Positions 1 to 10,521 of a stretch of DNA of 64,000 nt are shown piece after piece; position 1 is the stretch's first letter, and each line of letters starts with the position of its first letter. The translations under genes and the position numbers were made by a program. The notes beneath the pieces are model-generated. The model was given only the letters and a program-made list of their open reading frames with translations. It made no database searches and had not been told where the DNA came from. The DNA is from Nitrospirales bacterium (lineage in GTDB: Bacteria > Nitrospirota > Nitrospiria > Nitrospirales > UBA8639), in NCBI GenBank assembly GCA_963555755.3, contig OY820905.2, positions 672,001 through 736,000 of the forward strand, given 5' to 3'.

Positions 1-622
1 GCCGACAATCGCGGCAGGTCGAACCGATGCGGGAGTACATGCCCTTGGGCAGGTTGTCAGTTTTCGTTCTGACAAACCACTCTCACCTGAGGAATGGACG
101 CGTTCGCTAAATGGTGTTCTCCCCAAAGATGTCTGCGTTCACCAGACTGAGCAAGTGCCTGAGACCTTCCACGCACGGTATAACGCAAAACAAAAAACCT
201 ACGAGTACCGAATCCTGAATCACCCGATACGTCCCGTTCTCAATCGCCTCCGCATGTGGCACATTCCCAAGCCATTGAACCTCACTTCCCTTCAAGCGGC
301 AGCCCCTACTCTCAAAGGCCAATACGACTTTTCTTCGTTTGAAGGGTCGCCCACCGACAATGAGAATCCCATCTGCCATATGCATGCGTTGAGCATTCAC
401 GAAGAACCACCCATCATTCGCATCACGTTCAAAGCTGATCGATTTCTCAAGCAAATGGTCCGCGCCATTGTGGGGACACTTGTAGAGGTGGCACAGGGAA
501 CACGATCCCCCGAAGAAATGAAAGCCATTCTTGAGGCCCATGACCGACGTGCGGCCGGGAAAACTGCACCGCCTCATGGTTTGTATTTATTGAATGTGGA
601 ATACGAGGGAGAAGAAGGGTAA
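1..622 (+). CDS. truA: tRNA pseudouridine(38-40) synthase, 5'-partial
   Basis: Frame open from base 2: AGRTDAGVHALGQ motif; C-terminal FLKQMVRAIVGTL and TAPPHGLYL motifs. Confidence 0.95.
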   Translation, partial: PTIAAGRTDAGVHALGQVVSFRSDKPLSPEEWTRSLNGVLPKDVCVHQTEQVPETFHARYNAKQKTYEYRILNHPIRPVLNRLRMWHIPKPLNLTSLQAAAPTLKGQYDFSSFEGSPTDNENPICHMHALSIHEEPPIIRITFKADRFLKQMVRAIVGTLVEVAQGTRSPEEMKAILEAHDRRAAGKTAPPHGLYLLNVEYEGEEG

Positions 623-630
623 ATAGGAAG

Positions 631-1032
631 TTACAATTCGGTTGTATTGAAATTTCGACTGGGTGGCGGATCGACCACGATCACCCCGCGCATAAAGGGG
701 TGAATGTTACAATGGTACGGATAGGTTCCTGGTTCTAAATCACGCACCACAAACTGTTCGTCCGGATGAAGATGACCCGAATGAAAGGCGCATCCTACCT
801 GCTGACCACAGCCATCATGGGTGATGGTATGGGATTGCATCGATCGATTTTGCCACTGGACTGTTTGTCCTGATCGTACCCTCCAGGTGGGAGGAGAATA
901 AAAGGGCTCTCGATCTAACACCAATATGTGTGAACGACCTGGAACTGCAAAGCCAGTGGGCACAACAAGAATCCCCAAAACCCCAGCAATACACAGCGCG
1001 AACGCCATCCTCTTCAGTGAATTCCCTATCAC
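631..1032 (-). CDS. Secreted cupredoxin (plastocyanin/azurin-like)
   Basis: N-terminal hydrophobic signal; type-1 copper ligands HTIT and YHCNIHPFM. Confidence 0.85.
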   Translation of the reverse strand: MIGNSLKRMAFALCIAGVLGILVVPTGFAVPGRSHILVLDREPFYSPPTWRVRSGQTVQWQNRSMQSHTITHDGCGQQVGCAFHSGHLHPDEQFVVRDLEPGTYPYHCNIHPFMRGVIVVDPPPSRNFNTTEL

Positions 1033-1204
1033 GACGCATCAGCTCCTTTCTCATATTTTACAAGGCATCAGACGTTCAGTAAATGCCATATTTTCGACAA
1101 ATGGCTCATTTCTCAGAAGAAGACCTCGTGCCATTACTTATCGGAGATATTGGCACAATTCTTTGGTGACATACCGTAAGTACAGGAGTAAGATTTTAGT
1201 GAAG

Positions 1205-1418
1205 GGGCCTGTTGAATATTTTACTCCAAAAGCAAATAGAAGCTCCAAATGAGCCACGCATCGTCAAAGGGAGGGGATGTTCAAAAAAGCATGCCCTGAG
1301 TCTTTCCGAAGGGTCTATCCAGCAAGGCCGCAGCCATTTTGACGCGCGGAGCGTACTCATAGTACGTGAGCACGGCAAAATGGCGAGAACGCCGCTGGCG
1401 GCTTTTTTCAACATTCCC
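1205..1418. mobile_element. MITE family B, long form
   Basis: Ends GGGCCTGTTGAA / TTCAACATTCCC; flanked by 5-bp direct repeat TGAAG; homologous to 37856, 57883, 59357. Confidence 0.8.
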
Positions 1419-1476
1419 TGAAGCATCTTTTTCACAAAACCTTTTCTATACACACACCGGGAAAAAGGTCACGTCC

Positions 1477-2736
1477 ATGATCATACCAGAGCTAGACCAT
1501 CCAACGTTGCATCTTGCCTGGGCTCAATTTGACCAAGCCGCCGACGCCATGAATTTGGATCACAAACATCGAGAACGATTAAAAACTCCCCAACGCTCGC
1601 TCATGGTCGGCTTGCCCATCTTAATGGATGACGGCAAGGTCAAAGTATTTATGGGATATCGTGTCCAACATGACTCGGCACGCGGTCCATTTAAAGGAGG
1701 CATCCGCTACCATCAAGACGTGAATTTAGGTGAGGTTTCCGCACTCGCTATGTGGATGACCTGGAAAACGGCGATAGCGGGTGTGCCGTATGGCGGAGCC
1801 AAAGGCGGTGTCAGAGTGAATCCGAACGAGTTGTCCCTCTCGGAATTAGAACGACTGACACGCCGGTATGCCGCCGAAATCTTTCCCTTGATTAGCCCGG
1901 ATCACGATATTCCAGCACCAGACGTCGGCACCAACCCACAAATCATGGCGTGGTTCATGGATACCTACAGTCAACAGGTGGGCTATGCCGTGCCTGGTTG
2001 CGTCACAGGAAAACCTCTGGCCATCGGTGGCAGTTTGGGACGAGAAGACGCCACTGGCCGTGGGGTGGTGAATGTGACAATGGAAGCCTTGCAGCATCGA
2101 GGCATTCGTCTTGAAGATACGACAGTAGTCGTCCAGGGAATTGGAAATGTCGGATCCCACGCTGCTCGGATCATGAGCGATGCTGGCGCAAAAGTCATAG
2201 GAATCAGCGACGTCTCAGGCGGAATCTTTAACCCTCAGGGATTACATATCGAGTCAATTCTTCGTGACCATACCCATGGCATGCCGCTCTCAGAGATAAA
2301 CGTTGGTGACCATGTCACAAACGAAGAATTACTGACGTTGGAATGCACGGTGCTGATACCTGCCGCCTTGGCTGAACAAATTACCGTCAAAAACGCGGGG
2401 GACGTACGATGTCAAATCTTAACCGAAGCCGCCAATAGACCCACGACATTAGAAGCCGATGCGATATTGCACGATCACAATATCTTTATCATTCCCGACA
2501 TCCTTGCCAATGCCGGTGGGGTGATCGTGTCCTATTTCGAATGGGTCCAAGATGGACAACATTTTTTCTGGAAAGAATCTGATATCCATGAACGCTTACA
2601 TGACATTATCACGGGAGCCTTTCAACGAACGCTGGCGTTTGCTCAGAAAAAGAACACGTCCATGCGAATGGCGGCCTTGATGAACGGAATCGATCAAGTG
2701 GTCCAAGCACACAATTTGCGGGGGTTATATCCTTAG
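1477..2736 (+). CDS. gdhA: Glu/Leu/Phe/Val dehydrogenase (glutamate dehydrogenase)
   Basis: GPFKGGIRY, GGAKGG, DIPAPDVGT, GIGNVG, PDILANAGGV motifs; start moved to ATG 1477 because the longer ORF begins inside the MITE. Confidence 0.93.
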   Translation: MIIPELDHPTLHLAWAQFDQAADAMNLDHKHRERLKTPQRSLMVGLPILMDDGKVKVFMGYRVQHDSARGPFKGGIRYHQDVNLGEVSALAMWMTWKTAIAGVPYGGAKGGVRVNPNELSLSELERLTRRYAAEIFPLISPDHDIPAPDVGTNPQIMAWFMDTYSQQVGYAVPGCVTGKPLAIGGSLGREDATGRGVVNVTMEALQHRGIRLEDTTVVVQGIGNVGSHAARIMSDAGAKVIGISDVSGGIFNPQGLHIESILRDHTHGMPLSEINVGDHVTNEELLTLECTVLIPAALAEQITVKNAGDVRCQILTEAANRPTTLEADAILHDHNIFIIPDILANAGGVIVSYFEWVQDGQHFFWKESDIHERLHDIITGAFQRTLAFAQKKNTSMRMAALMNGIDQVVQAHNLRGLYP

Positions 2737-2893
2737 GGTTCCCGCAAAAACAACTTTGCCTTTGGGGGTGCCGAGACGCCTGTCTGGCAAGGCGCGAGGA
2801 CTGCGCATACTCTTCGTTATGTAAAGGACCAGCAACGCCGCCAGACGGGATGGATCGACGCCCAAACACGTGAAGTTATTTTTGCGCGAGCCC
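2736..2893. mobile_element. MITE family A
   Basis: Imperfect TIR GGGTTCCCGCAAAAACAACTT / AAGTTATTTTTGCGCGAGCCC; TTA duplicated on both sides. Confidence 0.85.
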
Positions 2894-2937
2894 TTAGGAA
2901 GGGTAAAAGAACGGGTTGGAGAAGGATAAGCAATTTA

Positions 2938-2971
2938 TTTTGGTGAAGACCTAGACTCGCCTTCACCAAAA
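2938..2971. terminator. Probable bidirectional terminator hairpin between convergent gdhA and fbaB
   Basis: TTTTGGTGAAG ... CTTCACCAAAA, 11-bp inverted repeat. Confidence 0.5.
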
Positions 2972-3004
2972 CGTAATGTTCACAAGAAGACACGTTTCAA
3001 AAAC

Positions 3005-3946
3005 CTACTCAGTCTCTCCTGCATAAATCTTCATTACGGCATCTAAAAACTTCAGGGCATCCGGCTTTGATCGTTGAAACGAGTTCCGGCCTATAATCGA
3101 CCCGAACCCTCCACCATCGCGAATCGCCCGGGCTTCATCAAAGATCTTGTTGTCTTCTCCTTTCGCTCCACCAGAGAAAATCAAGATTCTCCGACCATCG
3201 AACGTACTTTGCACCACATGACGAATTCGGTCAGTTGGGGTGCTGATTGGGATTTTCTCGGCGTCATAAACCTTTTTCGCTTCGGCTTGTTCAATATGAT
3301 CCGTAGGCACTTTCACTTTGATGATATGCGCCCCTAATTGAGCGGCAATCTGGGCTCCATAACAAACCACATCAATGGCAGTTTCTCCGGTCTTGCTCAA
3401 GTTTCCGCCACGCGGATAAGACCACACGACCACCGCCAACCCAACGGATTTCGCTTCCAAAGCAATTTCCGCCAAAGTTTCATACATCTCTTGACTATAT
3501 GCCGAACCGGGATAAATCGTGTAGCCTACAGCGCAACATCCTAAGCGAAGTGCATCGTCAACACTCCCCGTCACCGCTTGATTCGGATCATCCCCGCCAT
3601 ACAACGAATCACTATTGTTGAGCTTGAGAATGAGAGGAATCTGTCCGGCAAATTCCGCAGCACCGGCTTCCAAAAACCCTAATGGAGCCGCATAGGCATT
3701 ACAGCCAGCCTCAATGCCCAATTCAAAATGATAGTGGGGATGATAAGCCGAAGGGTTTGGAGCAAAACTTCTCGCCGGTCCATGCTCAAAGCCTTGATCC
3801 ACTGGAAGAATGACGAGTCGTCCTGTCCCGCCTAATCGGCCACTCATCAGTAATCTGGCGAGATTCGCGCGAATTCCTGGCGCGTCACCACTGTAGTAAC
3901 TCAAGATTTCTTGAACCCTCTTGGTCATTCTGAAACCTTCACTCAC
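3005..3946 (-). CDS. fbaB: Class I fructose-bisphosphate aldolase (DhnA type)
   Basis: ILPVDQGFEHGP, TIYPGS, WSYPRG, GAHIIKVK, GSIIGRNSFQR motifs. Confidence 0.93.
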   Translation of the reverse strand: MSEGFRMTKRVQEILSYYSGDAPGIRANLARLLMSGRLGGTGRLVILPVDQGFEHGPARSFAPNPSAYHPHYHFELGIEAGCNAYAAPLGFLEAGAAEFAGQIPLILKLNNSDSLYGGDDPNQAVTGSVDDALRLGCCAVGYTIYPGSAYSQEMYETLAEIALEAKSVGLAVVVWSYPRGGNLSKTGETAIDVVCYGAQIAAQLGAHIIKVKVPTDHIEQAEAKKVYDAEKIPISTPTDRIRHVVQSTFDGRRILIFSGGAKGEDNKIFDEARAIRDGGGFGSIIGRNSFQRSKPDALKFLDAVMKIYAGETE

Positions 3947-4134
3947 GATCAGTCCCTCCTGTGGAAGGTTGAAACTTTTGGAGAAAACTCAAGAACGTTA
4001 TTGGCAAATGATTCGAATGAAGATGTGTGCAATCGAAAGGACATGGACTCCATCGAGTCCATCTCATGGCAGTATATGATTGAATAGGACTTGATTCAAT
4101 ACTTTTTCGTTGTGGAGGGATTTTTTTCACATCA

Positions 4135-4779
4135 TCACGTTTCAGGATTTTCTAATTTCTTCCGCAATTCAATAATTTCCCGTTCCATGGCCTCAAACCG
4201 TTCAGCCACTGGATCGGGAATATTGGCATGGTCCATGGATTCTTCCGGGACTCGGTCTCCCACGGTTTTGATAATTCGCCCTGGTATCCCAATGACCGTA
4301 GAGTTCGATGGCACGGATCGCAACACCACCGAATTGGCCCCGACTTTCACAAAATCACCAATCCGAATATTGCCGAGGACTTTCGCGCCAGATCCTACCA
4401 CCACATGATTGCCTAACGTGGGATGCCGCTTGCCTTTTTCTTTTCCCGTTCCACCAAGCGTGACACCTTGGAACAAGGTCACGAAATCGCCGATTTCGGT
4501 TGTCTCACCAATGACCACGCCCATGCCGTGGTCGATAAAAAACCCATGGCCAATGATTGCCCCTGGATGAATTTCCACACCCGTAATCCATCGAGAAAAT
4601 TGCGACAGCAATCGTCCCAACAGCCGCAACTTCATCCTCCATAATCGATGAGCTATTCGATGGAACATCAACGCCTGAAAACCGGCGTAGGTCAGAATCA
4701 CTTCCACACGACTTCGCGCAGCCGGGTCCCGCTCGAACACGGCACGTAAGTCTTGGTCAATGTCTTTAAACATTTTCAT
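4135..4779 (-). CDS. cysE: Serine O-acetyltransferase
   Basis: [33 protein letters not shown]; hexapeptide repeats. Confidence 0.96.
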   Translation of the reverse strand: MKMFKDIDQDLRAVFERDPAARSRVEVILTYAGFQALMFHRIAHRLWRMKLRLLGRLLSQFSRWITGVEIHPGAIIGHGFFIDHGMGVVIGETTEIGDFVTLFQGVTLGGTGKEKGKRHPTLGNHVVVGSGAKVLGNIRIGDFVKVGANSVVLRSVPSNSTVIGIPGRIIKTVGDRVPEESMDHANIPDPVAERFEAMEREIIELRKKLENPET

Positions 4780-4796
4780 ACAAATCCTTCAGGGAA

Positions 4797-5282
4797 TCAC
4801 GACGGCGCACGAATTGATTCAATAAGGCAAATGGCTTGAGCCGCAATGCCTTCCATCCTCCCGATCGCGCCAATGTGATCCCCACTTTTGACTTTGACGC
4901 TCACCAAATCAGGATCAACCGCAAGCACCTCAGCCAGTCGTTTGGCCATATCGGCCAAATAGGAACCCAGGCTCGGGGCTTGGGCAATAATCACCGTGTC
5001 TAGATTAACAAGACGGAACCCCCGTTGAGCAAGTTTTTCAGTGACTCCCTGTAACATATCAAGACTAATCATATCCTTACACGTGGGATCACTGCTGGGG
5101 TAATAGCGTCCAAGGTCGCCCTCGTTCATTGCCCCTAGAAGCGCATCGCAAACCGCATGAGTCAAGGCATCGGCATCGGAATGACCGTCCAACCCATGCG
5201 TGTGTGGCACGTGAATGCCACCTAATATTAGCGGCCTTCCTTCTTTCAGTCGGTGAATATCGTACCCAATTCCGATCCGCAT
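4797..5282 (-). CDS. ispF: 2-C-methyl-D-erythritol 2,4-cyclodiphosphate synthase
   Basis: RIGIGYDIH and GHSDADALTHAVCDALLGA motifs. Confidence 0.96.
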   Translation of the reverse strand: MRIGIGYDIHRLKEGRPLILGGIHVPHTHGLDGHSDADALTHAVCDALLGAMNEGDLGRYYPSSDPTCKDMISLDMLQGVTEKLAQRGFRLVNLDTVIIAQAPSLGSYLADMAKRLAEVLAVDPDLVSVKVKSGDHIGAIGRMEGIAAQAICLIESIRAPS

Positions 5283-5477
5283 GCACTATCCTCTCATTCG
5301 TGATATCGAATAATGATTTACAGTACTGGAACTTTCTACTCGCACATCTCAAATCTGACTCCCTCGCCCCTGAGGGGAGAGGGTGGGGGTGAAGGTTAAC
5401 TCATTGCCAAGGGAAAAATACGTTACCCAAAAGAATACAGGAAATTGGTCATGCCTGAAAAGAGCGCACGGGGGTTA

Positions 5478-5625
5478 GGGTTCGCGCAAGAATAACTCTC
5501 CCTGTTTTGGTGCTGAGACACCTGTCTGGCAAGGCGCGAGGACTGCGCATACTCCTCGGACGGGCAACGCCGCCAGACGGGATGGATCGACGCCCAAACA
5601 GGGAAAGTTATTCTTGCGCGAACCC
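5478..5625. mobile_element. MITE family A
   Basis: TIR GGGTTCGCGCAAGAATAACT / AGTTATTCTTGCGCGAACCC; TTA TSD, the right copy is the ispD stop codon. Confidence 0.88.
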
Positions 5626-6336
5626 TTATGTACAGGTACCTGAACTTTTAGCGGTAAAAATAGCCTCGCCCATGTGAAGATCTTCCGGTCTCGTGACTTT
5701 GATATTATCGGAACTGCCTTGGACAATCGCCACGGTAAGCCCTAATCGTTCCACTAAAAACGCATCATCGGTTGCATCAACGCCATCGGTTTCGCCTTGT
5801 TGATGGGCTCGGAGCAACACATCAAGCCGAAAAGCCTGGGGGGTTTGGGCCAACCATAATTCTTCTCGATTGAGCGTCTCTTTGATTATCCCCTCGCCAT
5901 TGACACGCTTGACAGTATCTCGCATTGGCATAGCCACAATAGCCGCGCCGTGATTTCGCGTGGCTTCAACAACCTGAGTAATCATCTTGAGTGTCACGAA
6001 AGGCCGAACCGCATCATGCACCACCACAATGTCCGTTGCAGAGTTGGCAGCCCGTACACCATTTAATACGGAATCCTGTCGACGTCGCCCGCCTGCGATA
6101 ACCTGAGACACTTTCTTGAGACCGTAGGATGGGACAATCTCTTCACGGCAATACTGACAATCGTCCTGTGGCACCACGAGTATGATTTCAGAAATGATGT
6201 GAGCAGCCTCAAAAGTTTGAAGAGAATGAACGAGCAGTGGAACACCGCCCAAGGTGAGAAACTGCTTTGGAACACCGGCACCCATACGGACCCCACGGCC
6301 CGCCGCGGGGACAACCGCCGTAATCCAATCAGCCAC
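5626..6336 (-). CDS. ispD: 2-C-methyl-D-erythritol 4-phosphate cytidylyltransferase
   Basis: AAGRGVRMG..PKQF, HDAVRPF, QTPQAF, TDDA, NIKVTRPED motifs. Confidence 0.96.
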   Translation of the reverse strand: MADWITAVVPAAGRGVRMGAGVPKQFLTLGGVPLLVHSLQTFEAAHIISEIILVVPQDDCQYCREEIVPSYGLKKVSQVIAGGRRRQDSVLNGVRAANSATDIVVVHDAVRPFVTLKMITQVVEATRNHGAAIVAMPMRDTVKRVNGEGIIKETLNREELWLAQTPQAFRLDVLLRAHQQGETDGVDATDDAFLVERLGLTVAIVQGSSDNIKVTRPEDLHMGEAIFTAKSSGTCT

Positions 6337-7357
6337 GTACGAAGCTCAACACGTCTCGATCCGATTCTTCTTTCAGGCGAGTAAAGATCATGCGTCCAGC
6401 ACTCGTCTGCAATACGCTCGTGACAATGACATCCACATTTTTGCCAATACTTCGCTTCGCGTTATCCACAACAACCATCGTTCCATCATCCAAATACGCC
6501 ACGCCTTGTCCAGTTTCTTTTCCCTCTTTTAACACAAACACTCGAATCGTTTCACCTGGCAAGACCACCGGTTTCAGCGCATTGGACAAATCATTGATGT
6601 TGAGCACGCGAACGCCTTGCAACTCGGCCACTTTATTAAGATTCAAATCGTTCGTTAAAATCTTAGCCCCAAGCTTCTTGCCCAATTCAACAAGCTTCGC
6701 ATCGACCTCTTTGATATGCGGGAAATCTTCTTCAACAATGGTCACGTCAATATCGATTTTCTTCTGAATGTGATTTAGAATATCAAGACCTCGTCGACCA
6801 CGAGCACGTTTTAACCCATCAGCCGAGTCCGAGATATGTTGTAACTCTTGTAGAATAAATTGAGGAATAATAAAGCTGCCTTCAATAAACCCGGTTTCAC
6901 AGATATCGGCGATACGCCCATCAATAATCACACTCGTATCCAATAATTTTGGAACCGCGGCATTCCTGTTAGACGCCTCTTCCTCTTTTGTACCAATTTT
7001 CCAGTCACTCGATTCCCCTAGCCGCAGGCCCACAATGAGACCAAGATACGGCAGGACAATCAAGACCGCCATTGTTCCAAATTGTGTCACGAGCGTGGGC
7101 TGGGGAAAAATCTGACCAGCCGAGAAAATGAGCACACCAGCCAGGATAACGCCGATGCTGAATCCCACCCCAGCACCAATTGCCATCACCGAAGGAACAC
7201 GTTGAAGCGATTGCTGGACGGCAATGATAATCCCGCTTATCAAGGCTCCGAGCGCTGCGCCAATGAAAAGGTGCATGCTGTCGCCCGAGCCAGACGCAAA
7301 TCCAACCCCAAGGCCGAGCAACACGCTGATGCTGAGAAAAATGGCTCGCAGAGCCAT
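6329..7357 (-). CDS. PIN/TRAM domain membrane protein (YacL-like)
   Basis: Four TM segments, LDTSVIIDGRI PIN motif, GVAYLDDGTMVVV TRAM domain; typical position upstream of ispD. Confidence 0.92.
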   Translation of the reverse strand: MALRAIFLSISVLLGLGVGFASGSGDSMHLFIGAALGALISGIIIAVQQSLQRVPSVMAIGAGVGFSIGVILAGVLIFSAGQIFPQPTLVTQFGTMAVLIVLPYLGLIVGLRLGESSDWKIGTKEEEASNRNAAVPKLLDTSVIIDGRIADICETGFIEGSFIIPQFILQELQHISDSADGLKRARGRRGLDILNHIQKKIDIDVTIVEEDFPHIKEVDAKLVELGKKLGAKILTNDLNLNKVAELQGVRVLNINDLSNALKPVVLPGETIRVFVLKEGKETGQGVAYLDDGTMVVVDNAKRSIGKNVDVIVTSVLQTSAGRMIFTRLKEESDRDVLSFVRG

Positions 7358-7451
7358 CCTGGTTCCTCCTATTTATCATACACCTGGTCATACTACGAAG
7401 AACAACTATAATGCTCCAGGCGCTACACGCATCCCCAAAACAATTCAGTTA

Positions 7452-7608
7452 GGGTTCCCGCAAGAATAACTTCCCAGGTTTGGGCGTCGATCCATCCTGT
7501 CTGGCGGCGTTGCTCGTTCTTTCCATACGAGGAGTATGCGCAGTCCTCGCGCCTTGCCAGACAGGCGTCTCAGCACCCAAACCTGGGAACTTATTCTTGC
7601 GCGAACCC
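7452..7608. mobile_element. MITE family A (reverse orientation)
   Basis: Same TIRs, inverted interior; TTA TSD, the right copy is the fbp stop codon. Confidence 0.88.
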
Positions 7609-8613
7609 TTAGCCCATCTCCGGCTTAAGAAACTTCTCGGCCAACTCCACATCATCTCGGCTCCCAATCACTAACGGCACTCGTTGATGTGGCGTCTTAG
7701 GCTGAATGGTCTGAATCCGTTCAAACCCTGTACTCCCAATGCCACCAGCTTGCTCAATGACAAAGGTCAAGGGAGCCGCTTCATACATAAGCCGAAGCTT
7801 CCCTTCCGGTTTGTCGACCTCTCCTGGGTACAAATACAGCCCGCCTTTTAAGAGCACACGATGCACATCGGCGGCCAAGCATCCGGTATAGCGTAGGGAA
7901 TACGGGCGATCCGTGGCCGGATCGATTTCCTGAAGGTGATCAATATAGTTTTTCATTCCATTTGACCATTTCAGACAATTCCCCACATTGAGGCAATAAA
8001 TTGCCCCGCGCGCAGGCATCGTGATATTCGACCCAGATAGAAAAAATTCACCAATACCAGGATTCAAGGTAAATAGATGAACCCCATCCCCACACGTATA
8101 CACCAGGATCGTACTCGCGCCAAAGAGAATATAGCCTCCTGCCACCTGCTCAGCACCCGGCTTCAAAAAACTCGCACCGCCATTTCCCGAAGGCGATGGC
8201 GACAATCGATGGATTGAAAAGATCGAACCTAGGGACGCATTGACATCAATATTGGATGAGCCATCGAGGGGATCGAAAAATACCGCGTACTTTCCAGTCC
8301 GCTCTGCCGAAACCACGGTATACGGGTCTTCCATTTCCTCGGAGATCACGGTCCGAACAAGTGTACTCGATTCAAACACTTGAACAAACGTCTCATTGGC
8401 CCGTTGATCCAGCTTCTGCACTTCCTCGCCTTGGACATTGACTTCCCCGGTTGCGCCTAAAATATCGAGAAGGCCTGCTTGCCGGAGATCTTGCGCAATC
8501 ATTTTTCCGCCCAACGCGATTTGGGTCATGATGGCGGAAAACTCCCCGGTGGCCTCAGGGTGCAATCGTTGCTGAGTCAAAATGTGTTGAGTGAGCGAAA
8601 TGGGTCTTGACAT
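7609..8613 (-). CDS. fbp: Class 1 fructose-1,6-bisphosphatase
   Basis: FDPLDGSSNIDVN, RYTGCLAADVHR, GKLRLMYEAAP motifs. Confidence 0.96.
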   Translation of the reverse strand: MSRPISLTQHILTQQRLHPEATGEFSAIMTQIALGGKMIAQDLRQAGLLDILGATGEVNVQGEEVQKLDQRANETFVQVFESSTLVRTVISEEMEDPYTVVSAERTGKYAVFFDPLDGSSNIDVNASLGSIFSIHRLSPSPSGNGGASFLKPGAEQVAGGYILFGASTILVYTCGDGVHLFTLNPGIGEFFLSGSNITMPARGAIYCLNVGNCLKWSNGMKNYIDHLQEIDPATDRPYSLRYTGCLAADVHRVLLKGGLYLYPGEVDKPEGKLRLMYEAAPLTFVIEQAGGIGSTGFERIQTIQPKTPHQRVPLVIGSRDDVELAEKFLKPEMG

Positions 8614-8640
8614 TTCAAAAAAGTCCTTTTTTTCTCCTAC

Positions 8641-9462
8641 CTAGTGATTTTCATTATAGGCCTTTTGGTAAAAAAGTCGAGCCGATTTTCGTGACAATGG
8701 CCATTCCTCCAAGACCGCCACCACTGACCCGATGATCATGCTGGCCTCCATCTTCACCGGCACTCGTTTCAGATCATTGGTCAACCAAAAACGAATATTG
8801 CCTTCATTTGAAAAAATACCACGAAACGGCATGATGGCTAACAGGCGCAGGGCTTCTACCTCTCCCCATGGACCGTGTACTGACTCAATCGCTTCAACTT
8901 GCACTTCCACATCATAGTTTTTCTTATCATGGTGAATCGTCACAAAAACCGATTTCCCAGGAACAAGCGAGGGCAACTGACGCAAATAGTACAGGCAGGA
9001 CAACCCATCATGCGTATACGCCGGAATAGCCATAATGCTCCGCGTTCCATCCTTGATAATCGTCACCTGCTGAGATTGATGATCGAAGGTAATATCGAAA
9101 TCTTCATGGCGCGTTCCCTCTCGACGCTGAAAGAATACATGGATCGGAAGTAAGGTTTGAGCATGAACCGTAGAATTTACTACATTGTTGACCGGGAAAA
9201 AGAATGAAATGAAAGCGTTGGACGTGGCAGTCGAGTTAAACTGTATAGTCGAGAGGCCTTCCTGTGAAATTGAGGGCGTTGAATCCATCGTCGCGGTACC
9301 GGCGGGAATACCTAGTAGCGAAATAGCATACTGCAACGATTCATGAGCAGGCACCTGAGGCTTGTACGACATCAACATCTGGCCCGAACTGGGCAGAACG
9401 CCAAGTCCAAGCCCCAGAAAAAGCATCCATACCCACACTTTCCCCATGCAGAACTTCACCAT
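8641..9462 (-). CDS. Exported DUF3108-like protein
   Basis: Signal peptide; E.L.Y....LGIPAG start, D.LS.LYYLR and W...D..RVPVK pattern. Confidence 0.7.
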   Translation of the reverse strand: MVKFCMGKVWVWMLFLGLGLGVLPSSGQMLMSYKPQVPAHESLQYAISLLGIPAGTATMDSTPSISQEGLSTIQFNSTATSNAFISFFFPVNNVVNSTVHAQTLLPIHVFFQRREGTRHEDFDITFDHQSQQVTIIKDGTRSIMAIPAYTHDGLSCLYYLRQLPSLVPGKSVFVTIHHDKKNYDVEVQVEAIESVHGPWGEVEALRLLAIMPFRGIFSNEGNIRFWLTNDLKRVPVKMEASMIIGSVVAVLEEWPLSRKSARLFYQKAYNENH

Positions 9463-9804
9463 AGAAATATTGTACGTGATGAATCAGAAAAATGCAGGAA
9501 AGCCGATAACAAAAGTCCAGCCCGCTTCCATTGGCACACCCATCCGCTCGGTGCAGATTTCTGAAAGGTTGAAGGAAAAAGGGAAGTGACCAATAACCCC
9601 TCAACAGGCAACTACCTATCGCAGCTCTTATAGGGATCAATTTTCAATCGTGAGATTACTCAATTTTATCGAGTCTAACCGTATGCCGTGCATACCGTTT
9701 CACTATGTCCAGCTTGATCTTGAATCTTGGTGGGCTGATTGGTTTTATCCTACTCCGTATGAAGCGTGTGTTGGTCCGGATCGGTTAAGACGATGAGATT
9801 CCCA

Positions 9805-10073
9805 TTGGCGGCGTACTGATGCGCCTGACCAGATTGCCGGCCTCGGTGCGTGGCAATAAACGATCGGCTTGGTCGTAAAATAAAGTCGTCGGATCCACCC
9901 ATGGTTCATTGGTGAAGTCTTCGAGGATCAAACGGCCATGTGTTACACAGTTGTTCACGGGGCAGGTTGCAGGCAGGTTGAAGAAGAAAGGAAAGAAGGA
10001 AACTCAACCGAACAAGTTGGGACATCTAACGCCCAGAATAAATTATCCGTGAAAAGTATTAGTCAACCAAAGA
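9805..10073. repeat. 269-bp direct repeat, copy 1
   Basis: Matches 11980-12248 with one mismatch seen; ends in the junction motif GTATTAGTCAACCAAAGA. Confidence 0.9.
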
Positions 10074-10258
10074 CTTGACCTGTACCCGTGCCCTCTTCCC
10101 ACGGACCAAGGGGCTATGACGCCAGGAAGAGGCAGCATGAGATGCGGCAGCGACCTAAAAATAAAAGACGACGCAATTCGCTCAAAAGGAGAGGCGACAT
10201 AACCCACGAGGAGTGCCATAAATTTATGTGCACCTGATCGTATTGTGCTGCCAGAACC

Positions 10259-10402
10259 CTAAATTCTGCATGATCCGAAAGGACACGTACCAAGAAGATC
10301 CTGGCCGTGAGGTTTCAGAGTGATGCCGTGTGCTTCAACTAAAGGTGGGAGCGACACATCGAACTTGAGCTGCTCAATCAGCGTCTCAGAAATTCTGGCC
10401 AT
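10259..10402 (-). pseudogene. Truncated N-terminus of a CHC2 zinc-finger/DnaG-like primase
   Basis: Manual translation MARISETLIEQLKFDVSLPPLVEAHGITLKPHGQDLLGTCPF then early stop; GGAGG RBS; divergent from XRE gene. Confidence 0.75.
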
Positions 10403-10521
10403 CGACCGCACCTCCAGAAAAATTATTTTTCATCACCAATGGATGACGAAACGTACCAATATGTGCTAGAGTCATCAAGCCTTATTGGTATTGACCATCA
10501 CCTCTTAGGTAGTTAAATTCT

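Noticed and set aside
1196..1453. ORFs such as MLKKAASGVLAILPCSR (also near 37838, 57811, 59396) and ORFs over family A and C repeats
   Set aside because: They are translations of MITE sequence, not independent genes
5360..5395. GC-rich hairpin CCCTCGCCCC...GGGGAGAGGG between ispD and ispF
   Set aside because: Single copy in the window; cannot distinguish a REP-like repeat from an ordinary hairpin
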